A DNA stretch of 64,000 nt from Malacoraja senta (lineage: Eukaryota). This document shows positions 26,932 through 39,139 of this stretch, piece by piece (the stretch's first letter is position 1; every line of letters starts with the position of its first letter). The translations under genes and the position numbers were made by a program. The DNA is taken from assembly GCA_038087875.1 (NCBI GenBank), contig JAXLNO010000680.1, forward strand, positions 248,001-312,000, written 5' to 3'. The notes under the pieces were generated by a model that saw only the letters and a program-made list of their open reading frames with translations, did not search any database and was not told the origin of the DNA.

Positions 26932-27606
26932 GTGAGGGAGTCCTGCTCACTCCAACACACAGAGCCATAGAGCCTGAGAGGCATAGAGTCTCTGTACATA
27001 TTCCCCATCTATTCCTCTCATGATTTTATACACCTCCGTAAGATCACCCCTCATCCCTCCTGCGCTCCAAGGAATTATAAAAGGACTGGACAAGCTAGAT
27101 GCAGGAAAAATGTTCCCAATGTGGGGCGAGTCCAGAACCAGGGGGCCACAGTCTTAGAATAAAGGGGAGGCCATTTAAGACTGAGATGAGAAAACACTTT
27201 TTCACCCAGAGAGTTGTGAATTTGTGCCACAGAGGGCAGTGGAGGCCAAATCACTGGATGGATTTAAGAGAGAGTTAGATAGAGCTCTAGGGGCTAAACC
27301 AGCTTCTGCAGATTTGTAGTGGTGAGGTCTGAGGCCTAGGTCAGGGGTCAGAAGTAGGGTCAAGGCCTGTACTAACCTCTCTCTCCCCCTCATTCCCCCA
27401 GTGCCAGAGTCCTCGACCCAGAAGCCCAGCACGGCCCACCCTGAGCTGGACTTTGAAAGACAAACACCTACCGTTCAATGAGGGATTTAACATCCTTCAA
27501 GCGAGAAGCATTAAAGAGAAAGAAAGGAAGTTATTAGCACGGTGGGGGAAATGGCCAACATATACAATGTTAGGATGGGAATAAATGGATGTGTCAATGA
27601 ATTTAG

Positions 27607-30580
27607 CTGCCTTCTCCCCATATCCCTTGATTCCACTAGCCTCTAGAGCTCTATCTAACTCTCTATTAAATCCATCCAGTGATTTGGCCTCCACTGCCCT
27701 CTGTGGCAGGGAATTCCACAAATTCACAACTCTCTGGGTGAAAACGTTTTTTCTCACCTCAGTTTTAAATGGCCTCCCCTTTATTCTAAGACTGTGGCCC
27801 CAGGTTCTGGACTCGCCCAACATTGAGAACATTTTTCCTGCATCTAGCTTGTCCAGTCCTTTTATAATTTTATGTTTCTATAGAATCCCCACTCATCCTT
27901 CTAAACTCCAGTGAATACAAGCCTAGTCTTTTCAATCTTTCCTCATATGACAGTCCCGCCATCCCATGGATCAATCTCGTGAACCTACGCTACACTGCCT
28001 CAATCACAAGGATGTCCTTCCTCAAATTAGGAGACCAAAACTGTACACAATACTCCAGATGTGGTCTTAGCAGAGCCCAATACAGCTGCAGAAGAACCTC
28101 TCTACTCCTATACTGAAATCCTCTTGTTATGAAGGCCAACATTCCATTAGCTTTCTTCACTGCCTGCTGTACCTGCACGCCAACTTTCAGTGACCGGTGT
28201 ACAAGGACGCCCAGGTCTCGCTGCACCTCCTCCTTACCTAACCTAACCCCATTGAGATAATAATCTGCCCCCTTGTTTTTGCCGCCTAAGTGGATAACCT
28301 CACATTTATCTATATTATACTGCATCTGCCACGCATCTGCCCACTCACTCAACCAGTCCATGTCACCCTGCAACCTCCTAACATCCTCTTCACAGTTCAC
28401 ACTGCCACCCAGCTTTGTGTCATCCGCAAACTTGCTAGTGTTGCTCCTAATTCCCTCTTCCAAATCATTAATATATATGGTAAACAGTTGCGGCCCCAAC
28501 ATCGAGCCTTGTGGCACTCCACTGCCATTCTGAAAACTCCTACTCTTTGCTTCCGGTCTGCAACCAATTTTCTATCCATGTCAACACCCTACCCCCAATA
28601 CCATGTGCTCTAATTTTAGTCACCAGTCTCCCGTGCGGGACTTTATCAAAGGCTTTCTGAAAGTCTAGATACACCACATCCACTGGCACCCCTTCATCCA
28701 TTTTACTTGTCACATCCTCAAAAAAATCCATAAGATTAGTCAAGCATGATTTCCCTTTCATAAATCCTTGTTGACTTGGACTAATCCTTTTGCTACTATC
28801 CAAATGCCCCATTATTACCTCTTTAATAATTGACTCCAGCATCTTTCCCACCACCGAAGTCAGGCTAACTGGTCTGTAATTCCCCGTTTTCTCTCTCGCT
28901 CCTTTCTTGAAAAGTGGGATAACATTAGCTATCCTCCAATCCACAGGACTAATCCTGAATCTATTGAACATTGGAAAATGATCACCAATGCGTCTACTAT
29001 TTCTAGAGCCACCTCCCTGAGGATCCTGGGATGCAGACAATCAGGTCCAGGGGATTTATCATCCTTCAGTCCCATTAGCCTACCCAATACTATTTCTCGC
29101 CTAATGAAAGTTTCTTTCAGTTCCTCTACCCCCTTAGATCCTCTGTCCTCCAGTACATCTGGGAGATTGTTTGCGTCTTCCTTAGTGAAGACAGATCCGA
29201 AGTACCTATTCAACTCTTCTGCCATTTCCTTGTTGCCCATAATAATTTCACCCGTGTCTGCCTTCAAGTGACCCACGTTTGACTTTGCTACTCTTTTTCC
29301 CTTAACATATCTAAAGAAGCTTTTACTGTCCTTCTTTATATTCCTGGCCAGCTTCCCCTCGTACTTCATCTTTTCAGCCCGTATTGCCCGTTTTGTTTCC
29401 TTCTGTTGTCCTATGAAAGTTTCCTTATCCTCTGGCTTCTGGCTACTCTTTACTGTGTTATACATCTTTTCTTTTAGTTTTATTCTATCCCTATCCTCTT
29501 GTCAGCCATGGTTGCCTCCTACTCCCCTTAGAATCTTTCTTCCTTTTGGAATTTAATGATCCTGCGTCTCCCGGATTATGCCCAGAAATTCCTGCCATTG
29601 CTGTTCCACCGTCATTCCTGCTAGGATCCCTTTCCAGTCTACCTTGGCCAGCTCCCCTCTCATGCCTTCATAGTCCCCTTTGTTCAACTGCATCACTGAC
29701 ACTTCCGATTTAACCTTCTCCTTCTCAAATTGCAGATTATAACTACTCATATTATAATCACTACCTCCAAGCGGTTCCTTCACCTCGAGTTCTCTTATCA
29801 AATCTGGTTCATTGGACAACACTAAATCCAGAATTGCCTTTTCTCTGGTCGGCTCCATTACAAGCTGCTCGAAGAATCCATCTTGGAGGCATTCTACAAA
29901 CTCTCTTCCTTGGGGTCCTGAACCAACCTGATTTTCCCAGTCTACCTGCATATTGAAATCCCCCATCACCACAGTGGCATTACCTTTGTTACATGCCAGT
30001 TTTAACTCCTGCTGCAACTTACACCCTACATCCGGGCTACTATTTGGGGGTCTGTAAATAACACCAATTAGTGTCTTCTTGCCTTTACAATTCCTCAACT
30101 CAATCCACAGTGACTCTACCTCGTCAGTCCCTATGTCTTCCCTCGCAAGGAACTGAATTCCATTCCTCACCAGAAGAGCAACCACCCCCCCTCCTCTGCC
30201 CACCTGCCTGTCCTTTCTATAGGATGTATAACCCTGAATATTAAGTTCCCAGGCCCGATCCTCCTGCAGCCACGTCTCAGTAATCCCCACAATGTCGTAT
30301 CTACCAACCTCTAACTGAGCCTCAAGCTCATCTACTTTACTTCTTATACTTCGCGCATTCATATACAATACTTTTAATTCCTTACGCATCTCACCTTTCA
30401 CATCGATCCCTATTACACTTGGCCATACTCTCCTATCCCTTTGTGAGCTTTCTTTCCCGTTAATTCTGGGGTCATTAACTATCCCTTTACTCTCTTTTTG
30501 TTTCCTTCTGTTGTCCTATGAAAGTTTCCCAATCCTCTGGCCTCTTTCCCTTTAACTCCGTCCTTGACTATCCCATTTGG
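27607..30580 (-). mobile_element. Near-complete CR1 ORF2 pseudogene (APE endonuclease plus RT)
   Basis: LKVLYMNARSIRSKVDEL, GITETWL, VIYRPP, MGDFN, LDFQKAFDKVPH, FADDTK; split by several frameshifts. Confidence 0.95.
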
Positions 30581-30737
30581 CACCCTGAGCTGCTGCTGAG
30601 GCCTGGGGACTGGGTTTGGGTCCTGGGTGTGAAACCTGAAGCCTGGGCCTGTACTAACCTCTCTCCCCCCCTCTATCTCCCTCTATCCCCGCAGCCATGA
30701 CTCTGGAGCCCAGCACGTCCCACCCTGAGCTGCTGCT

Positions 30738-31229
30738 GCTAGGGCCTGGGGCCTGGGTTTTGTGGCCTGGGAGTGAATCCTGAGGCCTGGGGCCTGGGAA
30801 TGAGGCCTGAGGCCTGGGTTTGGGGCCTGGATTTGAGGCCTGGATTTGGGGCCTGGGGTTGAGGCCTGGGTTTGAAGCCTGGGTTTGGGGCCTCAGAGTG
30901 AGGCCTGAGGGCTGGGTTTGGGGCCTGGGAGTGAAGCCTGAGGCTTGAAGCCTGGGTTAGGGGCCTGGGAGTGAGGCCTAGGTTTGAGGCCTGGCGTGAA
31001 GCCAGAGGCCTGGGCGTGAAGCCAAGAGGCCTGGGGGTGAAGCCAGAGACCTGGGCGTGAAGCCAGAGGCCTGGGGGGTGAAGCCAGAGGACTGGGCGTG
31101 AAGCCAGAGGACTGGGGGGTGAAGCCAGAGGACTGGGCGTGAAGCCAGAGGACTGGGGGGTGAAGCCTAAGGCCTGAGTTTGAGACCTGGGGTTTGGGGC
31201 CTGGGAGTGAAGCCTGCAGCCTGGGCCTG
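30738..31229. repeat. Degenerate G-rich tandem repeat (GGCCTGGG / GTGAAGCCAGA units)
   Basis: Direct inspection; precedes the TRIM last-exon acceptor. Confidence 0.85.
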
Positions 31230-31264
31230 TACTAACCTCTCTCTCCCCCCCCTCTCTCCCCCAG

Positions 31265-31809
31265 TGCCTGCGGCCCTGACGCTGGAGCCCAGCACGGCCC
31301 ACCCTGAGCTGCTTCTGTCGACCGACCTGTGCGGCGTGTGCCTGGGGGACACGTGGCGGGAGGTGCCGGACAACCCGGAGCGCTTCGACGACTGCGTGAG
31401 CGTGCTCTCGGCGCAGGGCTTCTCGTCGGGCCGCCATTACTGGCAGGTGGAGGTGGGCGGCAAGACCATGTGGGACGTGGGGCTGTGCCGCGAGTCGGTC
31501 AGCCGCAAGGGCAGCATCATCCTCTCGCCGGATGACGGCTTCTGGACCATCTGGCTGCGCAACGGCAGCGAGTACGAGGCCCTGTCCACCCCCTCGGCCC
31601 TGCTCTCCCTGCCCGCCCGGCCCACCACCATCGGGGTCTTCCTGGACTATGACGGGGGCCACGTCTCCTTCTACAATGCCGACGACATGTCCCTCATCTA
31701 CACCTTCTCCGACACCTTCAGCGAGAGACTCTTCCCCTACTTCAGCCCCGGAGAGAGTGACGGGGGAAAGAATGCCCAGCCCCTGCGCCTCTGCGGCCTA
31801 CGTCTGTAG
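31265..31809 (+). CDS. TRIM terminal exon encoding the PRY-SPRY (B30.2) domain; TRIM62/TRIM69/NF7-like E3 ligase
   Basis: TACTAAC branch at 31230-31236, CAG acceptor; VPAALTLEPSTAHPELLLS...PDNPERFD...GFSSGRHYWQVEVG...IGVFLDYDGGHVSFYN...LFPYFSP; stop TAG at 31807-31809. Confidence 0.95.
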
Positions 31810-32019
31810 GCCTCGGGTATTTTTCACAGCAGAGATGAACTAACACTCCCCAACCCCCCTCACCGGCGCGGATATTTTCATGCAGTACTGTGTAAAGGAC
31901 TTCCTTTTCTTCCCCCCCCCCTTCCCCTCCCTGTTCCCATTTCCCTTCCCCTTCCCCTTCCCCTTTCCATTTTCCCTACAACCAAGAGGATGCAGGGATG
32001 GCGATTTATCTCTGGGACA

Positions 32020-32495
32020 GACTGGTGTGGGACTGGGGTGTAGGCCTGGGACGGGGCTGTGTAGGCCTGGGACTGGGGTCTGGGGCCTGTGTGGGCCTGT
32101 GTAGGCCTGTGGCTTGTGTAAGCCTGGGACTGGGGTCTGGAGCCTGTGTAGGCCTGTGTAGGCCTGGGGCTTGTGTAGGCCTGTGTAGGCCTGGGACTGG
32201 GGTCTGGGGCCTGTGTAGGCCTGTGTAAGCCTGGGACTGGGCTTTGGGCCCTATCTGGGTCTGTATGGGCCTGGAACTGGGGGTCTGGGGCTTGCGTGGG
32301 CCTGTGTAGGTCTGGGACTGGAGCCTGTTTGGGCCTGTATAGGCCTGGGACTGGGGTCTGAGGCCTGTGTGGGCCTGGGATTGGGGGTGTGGGCCTGGGA
32401 TTGGGGAGAGGGCCTGGGACTGGGTTGTGAGGCCAGAGTGTGCCTGTGTCGGCCTATGTGGGCCTGGGACCCGGGTATGGGCCTGGGACTGGGCT
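32020..32495. repeat. GGCCTGTGTA/GGCCTGGGACT degenerate minisatellite, probable TRIM 3'UTR
   Basis: Direct inspection. Confidence 0.85.
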
Positions 32496-32549
32496 ATGGA
32501 CACTGTCAGAGTTGTGATTACATCAGTGGAAATACAGCGGTTCCCTTCA

Positions 32550-33900
32550 TAGGAATAAAAGCATAGACTATTTTCTAAATGGGGAGAGAATCCAGAAATC
32601 GGAGATGCAAAGGGACTTGGGAGTGCTGGTGCATGATTCCCAAAAAGTTAATTTGCAAATCGAATCGGTGGTAAACAAAGGCAAATGCAATGCTAGCATT
32701 TATTTCAAGAGGGCTAGAATACAAAAACAGGGATATAACGCTGAGGCTCTATAAGGCACTGGTCAGGCCACATTTGAAGTATTGGGAGCAATTTTGGGCC
32801 CCATATCTGAGGAAGGATGTGCTGGCTCTGGAGAGGGTCCAGAGGAGGTTTACAAGATTGATCCCAGGAATGAGTGGGTTAACCTATGATGAGCTTTTTG
32901 TCGGCACTGGGCCTGTACTCGCTGGAGTTTAGAAGGATGAAGGGGGTGGGGGATGCCTCATTGACTGTTCATTACAGTCCACTCATTCGGCCCCCATCAC
33001 AGAGAGTGATGGGGGCCGAATGGCCTAATTCTGCTCCTATCACTTAACGCCTCATGTGGAGGGTGCAAGTACACAGCTCTTGCAGGCTGTTCTCCCCTTT
33101 CCTCATCGACTCAGCCTTGTTCCACTGTCCTCCTGTTCAATTTTACCTCTTGTACGCCTCGTTGTCATCTTCCCCTCAGCCCACAACGAACCATTCCACA
33201 TTTCCTTGATCGCCGTCTGCTTTGATCTGTCCTTTTCACACCTCACCATTCCGCATCTCGTCTCCCTCTCCCTGCCCCCCCCCCCCTGACAATAGACAAT
33301 AGGTGCAGGAGGAGGCCATTCGGCCCTTCGAGCCAGCACCGCCATTCAATGTGATCATGGCTGATCATCCACATTCAGTACCCCGTTCCTGCCTTATCCC
33401 CTTATCCCCTGACTCCGCTATTTTTAAGAGCCCTATCTAACTCTCTCTTGAAAGTATCCAGAGACTTGGCCTCCACTGCCTTCTGTTGCTCAGATCCACA
33501 GATTCACAACTCTCTGGGTGAGAAAGTTTTTCCTCATCTCCGTTCTAAATGGCCTACCCCTTATTCTTAAACTGTGGCCCCTGTTCTGGACTCCCCCAAC
33601 ATCAGGAACATGTTTCCTGCCTCTAGCATGTCCAATCCCTTAACAATCTTATATGTTTCAATAAGATCTCCTCTCATCCTTCTAAACTCCAGAGTGTACA
33701 AGCCCAGCCGCTCCATTCTTTCAACATATGACTGTCCCGCCATCCCGGGAATAAACCTGGTGAGCCTACGTTGCACTCCTTCAATAGCAAGAATATCCTT
33801 CCTCAAATTTGGAGGCCAAAACCGCACACAATACTCCAGGTGTGCCCTGTAGCACTGCAGAAGGACCTCTTTGCTCCTATACTCAACTCCTCTTGTTATG
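32550..33900. mobile_element. CR1 fragments (+ about 32550-32960; - about 33290-33900) with a PLE fragment between
   Basis: LAFISRGLEYKNRD...HLKYWEQFW; minus HLEYCVRFWPPNLRKDILAIEGVQ. Confidence 0.82.
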
Positions 33901-34018
33901 AGGAAGGGTCTCGACCCATCCTTCTCTCCAGAGATGCTGCCTGTCCCACTGAGTTCTTCCGGCATTTTGTGTCCATCTTCGGTGTAAACCGGCATCTGCA
34001 GTTCCTTCCACCGCAATG

Positions 34019-34218
34019 NNNNNNNNNNNNNNNNNNNNNNNNNNNNNNNNNNNNNNNNNNNNNNNNNNNNNNNNNNNNNNNNNNNNNNNNNNNNNNNNNN
34101 NNNNNNNNNNNNNNNNNNNNNNNNNNNNNNNNNNNNNNNNNNNNNNNNNNNNNNNNNNNNNNNNNNNNNNNNNNNNNNNNNNNNNNNNNNNNNNNNNNNN
34201 NNNNNNNNNNNNNNNNNN
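34019..34218. other. Assembly gap (200 N)
   Basis: Run of N. Confidence 1.
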
Positions 34219-34968
34219 CCGGGCACGATGGGCCACTCCAGCATTCCAACCCGCTCGGCCCCTCTGGGATCCCTCGCCCTCTCCATCTCTACCCTCCCTT
34301 CCCTGACTCTACCTCGCTCTCTCTAACCCCCTCCATCTCTGCCCCTCTCCCTCTCTACCTCCCTCCCTCTCTACCCCCCTCCCCCTCTATCCCCCTCTAC
34401 CCCCCTCCCCCCCTCACCTCCCTCTACCCAGGGCCGGATTTATGTATAAGCTGGACAAGCTTCAGCTTAGGGCCTCGAGATCAAGGGGGGCCTCGCAGAG
34501 CCGGATTTACCACTAGCCTTCATAGGTTGAAGCCCAGGGCCTCGAAATGTAGGGGGCCTCTGGCCAAGGCAGGACACCTGCCGTTCAACTCTGGGCGGGC
34601 CCCCCTCTCTATCTCTCTGTCTGCCACTCTATCCGGGTCTCCGTTCTCCACTCGCTCCGCATCCACCGCCACGACAGGCCGCCTTGCACATGCGCACTGC
34701 TATGGCCAGCACATCCTCCCCCCTGCACATGCGCACAACCACGGCCAGCACATCATCGGCCGCCCTGCGCATGCGCACTGCCACGGCAACTGGACGGCGC
34801 TGGGCACTTTCTCCCTCGCTTTGAATTGTGGGGAGATTTGGCCGCCATTGCTGTCCGGTCGCTGCCTCGCCGCAACCGCTGAAAACCAATGCAGAATCAC
34901 TCCCTGGATCAGGAGTAACTCCCTGGAGTAACTCTTGCTTCTGGTTTCCTGGTCCTCCACAAATATTC

Positions 34969-35319
34969 GGACGACAGATGGCGCAATGGGCTAAGTGTTC
35001 GGCTGGCAACCGGAACGTAGCCGGTTCGAATCCCGCTTGGAGTGCATACTGTCGTTGTGTCCTTGGGCAAGACACTTCACCCACCTTTGCCTGTGTGTGA
35101 ATGTGTGTGAGTGTGTGTGAGTGATTGGTGGTGGTCGGAGGGGCCGTAGGCGCAGATTAGCAGCCACGCTTCCGTCAGTCTGCTCCAGGGCAGCTGTGGC
35201 TACAGAAGTAGCTCACCACCACCGAGTGTGACTGAGGAATGAATGAATAATGCGATGTAAAGCGCCTTGAGTATTAGAAAGGCGCTATATAAATCCCATC
35301 CATTATTATTATTATTATT
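34969..35319 (+). mobile_element. tRNA-derived CORE-type SINE with L2-derived tail
   Basis: A-box TGGCGCAATGG, B-box GGTTCGAATCC, core GTGTCCTTGGGCAAGACACTT, tail TGTAAAGCGCCTTGAG...AAAGGCGCTATATAAAT(TTA)n. Confidence 0.8.
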
Positions 35320-36066
35320 AAATGGAATTTAAACTGGAGGTGGTGGAGGGCTGAACAATAACAGCCTATTGCATTGTATCTGTTTATTTATTGTGTATAT
35401 ATATGGTCTATGGTATATAAACACACTGAACTTTTATCTCCTGTTCTGTATTATATTGACATATTCTGTTGTGCTGCAGCAAGCAAGAATTTCATTGCCC
35501 TATCTGCGATACATGACAATAAAACTCTCTTGACTCTTGACTTGGACTTAAGCAAAAAATGGTTCTTGTGGAAAAAAGAGGTACCTTAAATTTAGTTGCG
35601 TCTGGTTGGGTAACTATGGTAGGGTGAAGACTATTCCATGCTTCAATTGTGCGGGGGAACTCCATGGAGCAGCCAGCAACTCAGGATAGAATAAATTGGG
35701 TGACGTTTCGGGTAGAGACCCTTCTTTAGACTCCCTCTGGTTTTAGTGTCTTTAGTTTAATTTAAAGACACAGCATGGAAACAGGCCCTTCGGCCCACCG
35801 AGTCCACGCAGACCACCGATCACCCGTACACTAGTTCTATCCCACACATTAGCGGAGTAAGTCAAGAGTCAAGAGTGTTTTTATTCTCTCACGTCCCAGT
35901 TAGAACAATGAAATCCTTACTTGCAGCAGCACAACAGAATATGGAAACATAGTTCTCTGTAAACAATGTTATAAACGAGAAAACAAAACGGTGTATATTT
36001 ATATATGAATATATAACTATATAAATATATATATATGTGTGTGTATAATATATATACCCACACACA

Positions 36067-36670
36067 TGTGAATGTAAATCTTGAATAAACGCTGTAAGAT
36101 TGGTCTGTGAAGGTAAAATGGTTTGGCCAGGTGGAGTGGATTAAAACATAAATCTGCTGACCAAAGTTGCTGAATATGGAGCTGCAGGTTTCAGGAAGTT
36201 GTGGTCAGGAGAAATACACATTGTCCTGCTGTTACTGCATATTCGCGACTATGGTATTACCTGCACCCGTCTGACTGAGATAGCTGGCTCACAGAAGTCT
36301 GAGGAATATACAAACCGCCGCCCTCAGAAGTCTGAGGAATATACAAACCGCAGTGCCCAGAAGGCTGAGGAATATACCCGTCTTATCTCTAGTATTGTTC
36401 CACTAAATAACACCTCCCAATATGTACGAGGCTGTTATCCTGACCATTGTGTCTGTTGTGTCTGTTGGTTTGTTTCAGTAATATGGGAGGCATAAACCGT
36501 AGCCTTTAAGTATATAAGGCATTACGAATTAAGGCATTGAGCTTGACTCTTTGCTAGGTTGCGAACCTGTGTAAAGACTCCTGCTGAATAAACGTACGTT
36601 TAAACCAACCCAGGTGTCCAGTCGATTATTGTCGAAACAACCGATGTAGGAGGAAATCGAGAGATTCGCA
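36067..36670 (+). mobile_element. Solo LTR (ERV or Gypsy type)
   Basis: TGTGAAT...ATTCGCA imperfect inverted termini, CACA flanks, three tandem U3 repeats, TATATAA at about 36512, AATAAA at about 36587. Confidence 0.72.
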
Positions 36671-36767
36671 CACACGCACGCACGCACGCACACACACGCA
36701 CGCACACACACACACACACGCACACACACACACACCACACGCACGCACGCACGCACGCAAGCACACA

Positions 36768-36805
<38 letters not shown>

Positions 36806-37154
36806 TTCCCTCCTGGGATTAATAAAGTTCTATCGTATAGTATCGTGTGTGTAGGAAGGAACTGCAGATGCTGGTTTAAACTGAAGATTGACACAAAAAG
36901 CTGGAGTAACTCAACAGGTCAGACAGAATCTCTGGACAAAAGGAAAATATTACGTTTTGGGTTGGGTCTGAAATAGGTTCCTGCACACCTTTGGAATGTG
37001 GAAGGGAACAAGAGCACCCGGAAAAAACCCATGCGATCAAAGGGAAAAGGAGCAAACTCCTTACAGACAGCACCCATATTCAGGATCAATTCCGGGTCTC
37101 TGGCACTATTAGGCAGCAACTTTATGGCCAATGTACTGCCCCATAGTATTGAAC

Positions 37155-37780
37155 TTAATTAAAGCGACAAGTGTAGCATTTCCTGCGGTTGCAAGGGAAA
37201 GTGCCAGGAGAGGGGGTGGTTTGGGTGGGAAGGGACAAATTGACCAGGGAGTTATGGAGTGAGCGGTCTCTGCGGAAAGCCAACAGGGGAGGAGATGGGA
37301 AGATGTGGCCAGTGGTGGGATCCCATTGGTAGACAAAAAAGCTGGAGAAAATCAGCGGATAAGGCAGCATCTGTGGAGTGAAGGAATAGACAACGTTTCG
37401 GGTCGAGACCCTTCTTCAGATTGATGTCGGGAGGGGGAGGATGACATGAAAGAGAAAGGAAGAGGCGGAGACAGTAGGCTGTGCGAGAGTTGGGAATGGG
37501 AGGGGAAGGAGGGAGAAAGCAAGGACTACCTGAAATTGGAGAAGCCAATGTTCATACCACTAGGGTGTAAACTACCCAAGCAAATATGAGTTGCTGCTCC
37601 TCCAATATGCGGTGGGCCTCACTCTGGCCATGGAGGAGGCCCAGGACAGAAAGGTCGGATTCGGAATGGGAGGGGGAGTTGAAGTTTTGAGCCACCGGGA
37701 GATCAGGTTGGTTATTGCGAACTGAGTGGAGGTGTTGTGCGAAGCGATCGCCAAGCCTGCACTTGGTCTCACCGAGGTTG
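37155..37780 (-). mobile_element. PLE fragments (GIY-YIG and terminal module)
   Basis: LGETKCRLGDRFAQHLHSVRNNQPDLPVAQNFNS; hammerhead core at 37392-37419 (-). Confidence 0.85.
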
Positions 37781-39139
37781 ATCATACGCTGAATAATCCA
37801 ACCACATTTTTGTTTGGAAGTGGAAAGAAACAATAAAAATTGCATTCATTGCAACGTGTAAAAAGAGTTGAGATACTGTATTATAATTTTGCTGCATGTC
37901 ATTGTGGTATAAATCATGTCTTGATTGGTGAATATGTTTAGTTTGTGACTTTATTTGAAGCAGAAATAATATGTGAATGCTTCATTGAGCATAATTCCAA
38001 CTGGTAACTACGCACTTCGTCCGAGCACATTATCGCACGCGCCATGCAAGCCGTCTTAAATGACCACCTAAACTGTCATTTGCAAACTTAAAAGCTGCCA
38101 AGGTTGCCCGGCTGACAACAGAGAAAAAAAATTAAGTGAGAGCCCTGCAAGGTGTATAATATTTTTGACACTGTCATAGGCCTTTCTTACATATGCTGTC
38201 ACAACGCACTGTAGTCTCTAAACAACCCTTCAGTAATTTTCCTTGCGCTCCATTTCAGAATAATAGTGTTTTAAGCCAATAACTCGACACTAGCACTGGC
38301 AATAAATAAATAAACAAATAAATAAACAGATAAATAAATAAATAAATAAATAAATTAAATTAAAAAAGATAGATAGATAAATAAATAAATAAATAAATAA
38401 AGCACAGCTTTCCAGCCCCTTATCTCATTGGCCACGCTCGGCTGCAAATCGGTGTCCATCTGGTGGCCTCTAGTCGTGGGGGTGGGGGATTGGGAGGGGC
38501 CTCACAAGTGGAACAGCTTAGGGCCTCTCTTCATCTAAATCCGGCCCCGCCTCTACCTCTTTAGCCCCCTCCCCCTCCCTCTCTACCCCCCTACAGGGGA
38601 AACTCAGGCAATCAAACCCGCTCGGCTCAGCTCGGCTGGGACCCGTTCGGCAACGCACGCTCGGCTCAGCTCGGCTGGGATCCATTCGGCACCGTATGCT
38701 CGGCTGGGACCCGTTCGGCCCCGCACGCTCAGCCCCGCTGGGACCCGTTCGGCCCCGCTAAGACCAGCTCTATTGGCTCGGCTCAAAGAGGTGGGGGAGG
38801 GATTGGGGGAGTGGAGGAGAGAAAAACAATCCTGGAGAGTTGAGCAGGGAGAGTGGGGGGATTAAGGGAGAGGAGGGGGTAGGGAGAGTTGTTCAAACTT
38901 CTACACTCCCTCTCACGCCCGCTCCCTCTCTAACTTCCCTCCCCCTCTCTAACCTCCCTCCACCTCTCTCTCTCTACCCCCTACCCCTCACTCTCAACCC
39001 CCCTCCCCCTCCCTCTACTCTCCCTCTCTAACCCCTCCACACCCTCCCCCTCTAGCCACGCCTGCGCAGTTGGGGGCTATGCGTGAGTGGATAGGGCGGG
39101 GGATGGGGGGAAGGAGCGAATTAAAGTGTTACGAAATTA

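Larger units (their letters stand above)
34429..38549. mobile_element. Non-autonomous hAT-like DNA transposon shell with nested insertions
   Basis: TIRs CAGGGCCGGATTTA / TAAATCCGGCCCCG; 8-bp TSD CCTCTACC at 34421-34428 and 38550-38557; subterminal GCTTAGGGCCTC at both ends. Confidence 0.75.

Noticed and set aside
30739..31662. 307-aa minus-strand ORF
   Set aside because: Antisense shadow of the GC-rich SPRY exon plus a tandem repeat.
32554..32559. AATAAA as TRIM polyA signal
   Set aside because: Falls at the start of a CR1 fragment (NKxIDYFLNG-like sequence), so it cannot be assigned without transcript data.
33567..34931. ORFs spanning X runs
   Set aside because: Created by reading through the 200-N gap.
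34969..35045. tRNA-like sequence (also the heads of HE1-like copies)
   Set aside because: Continues into SINE core and tail; not a standalone tRNA gene.
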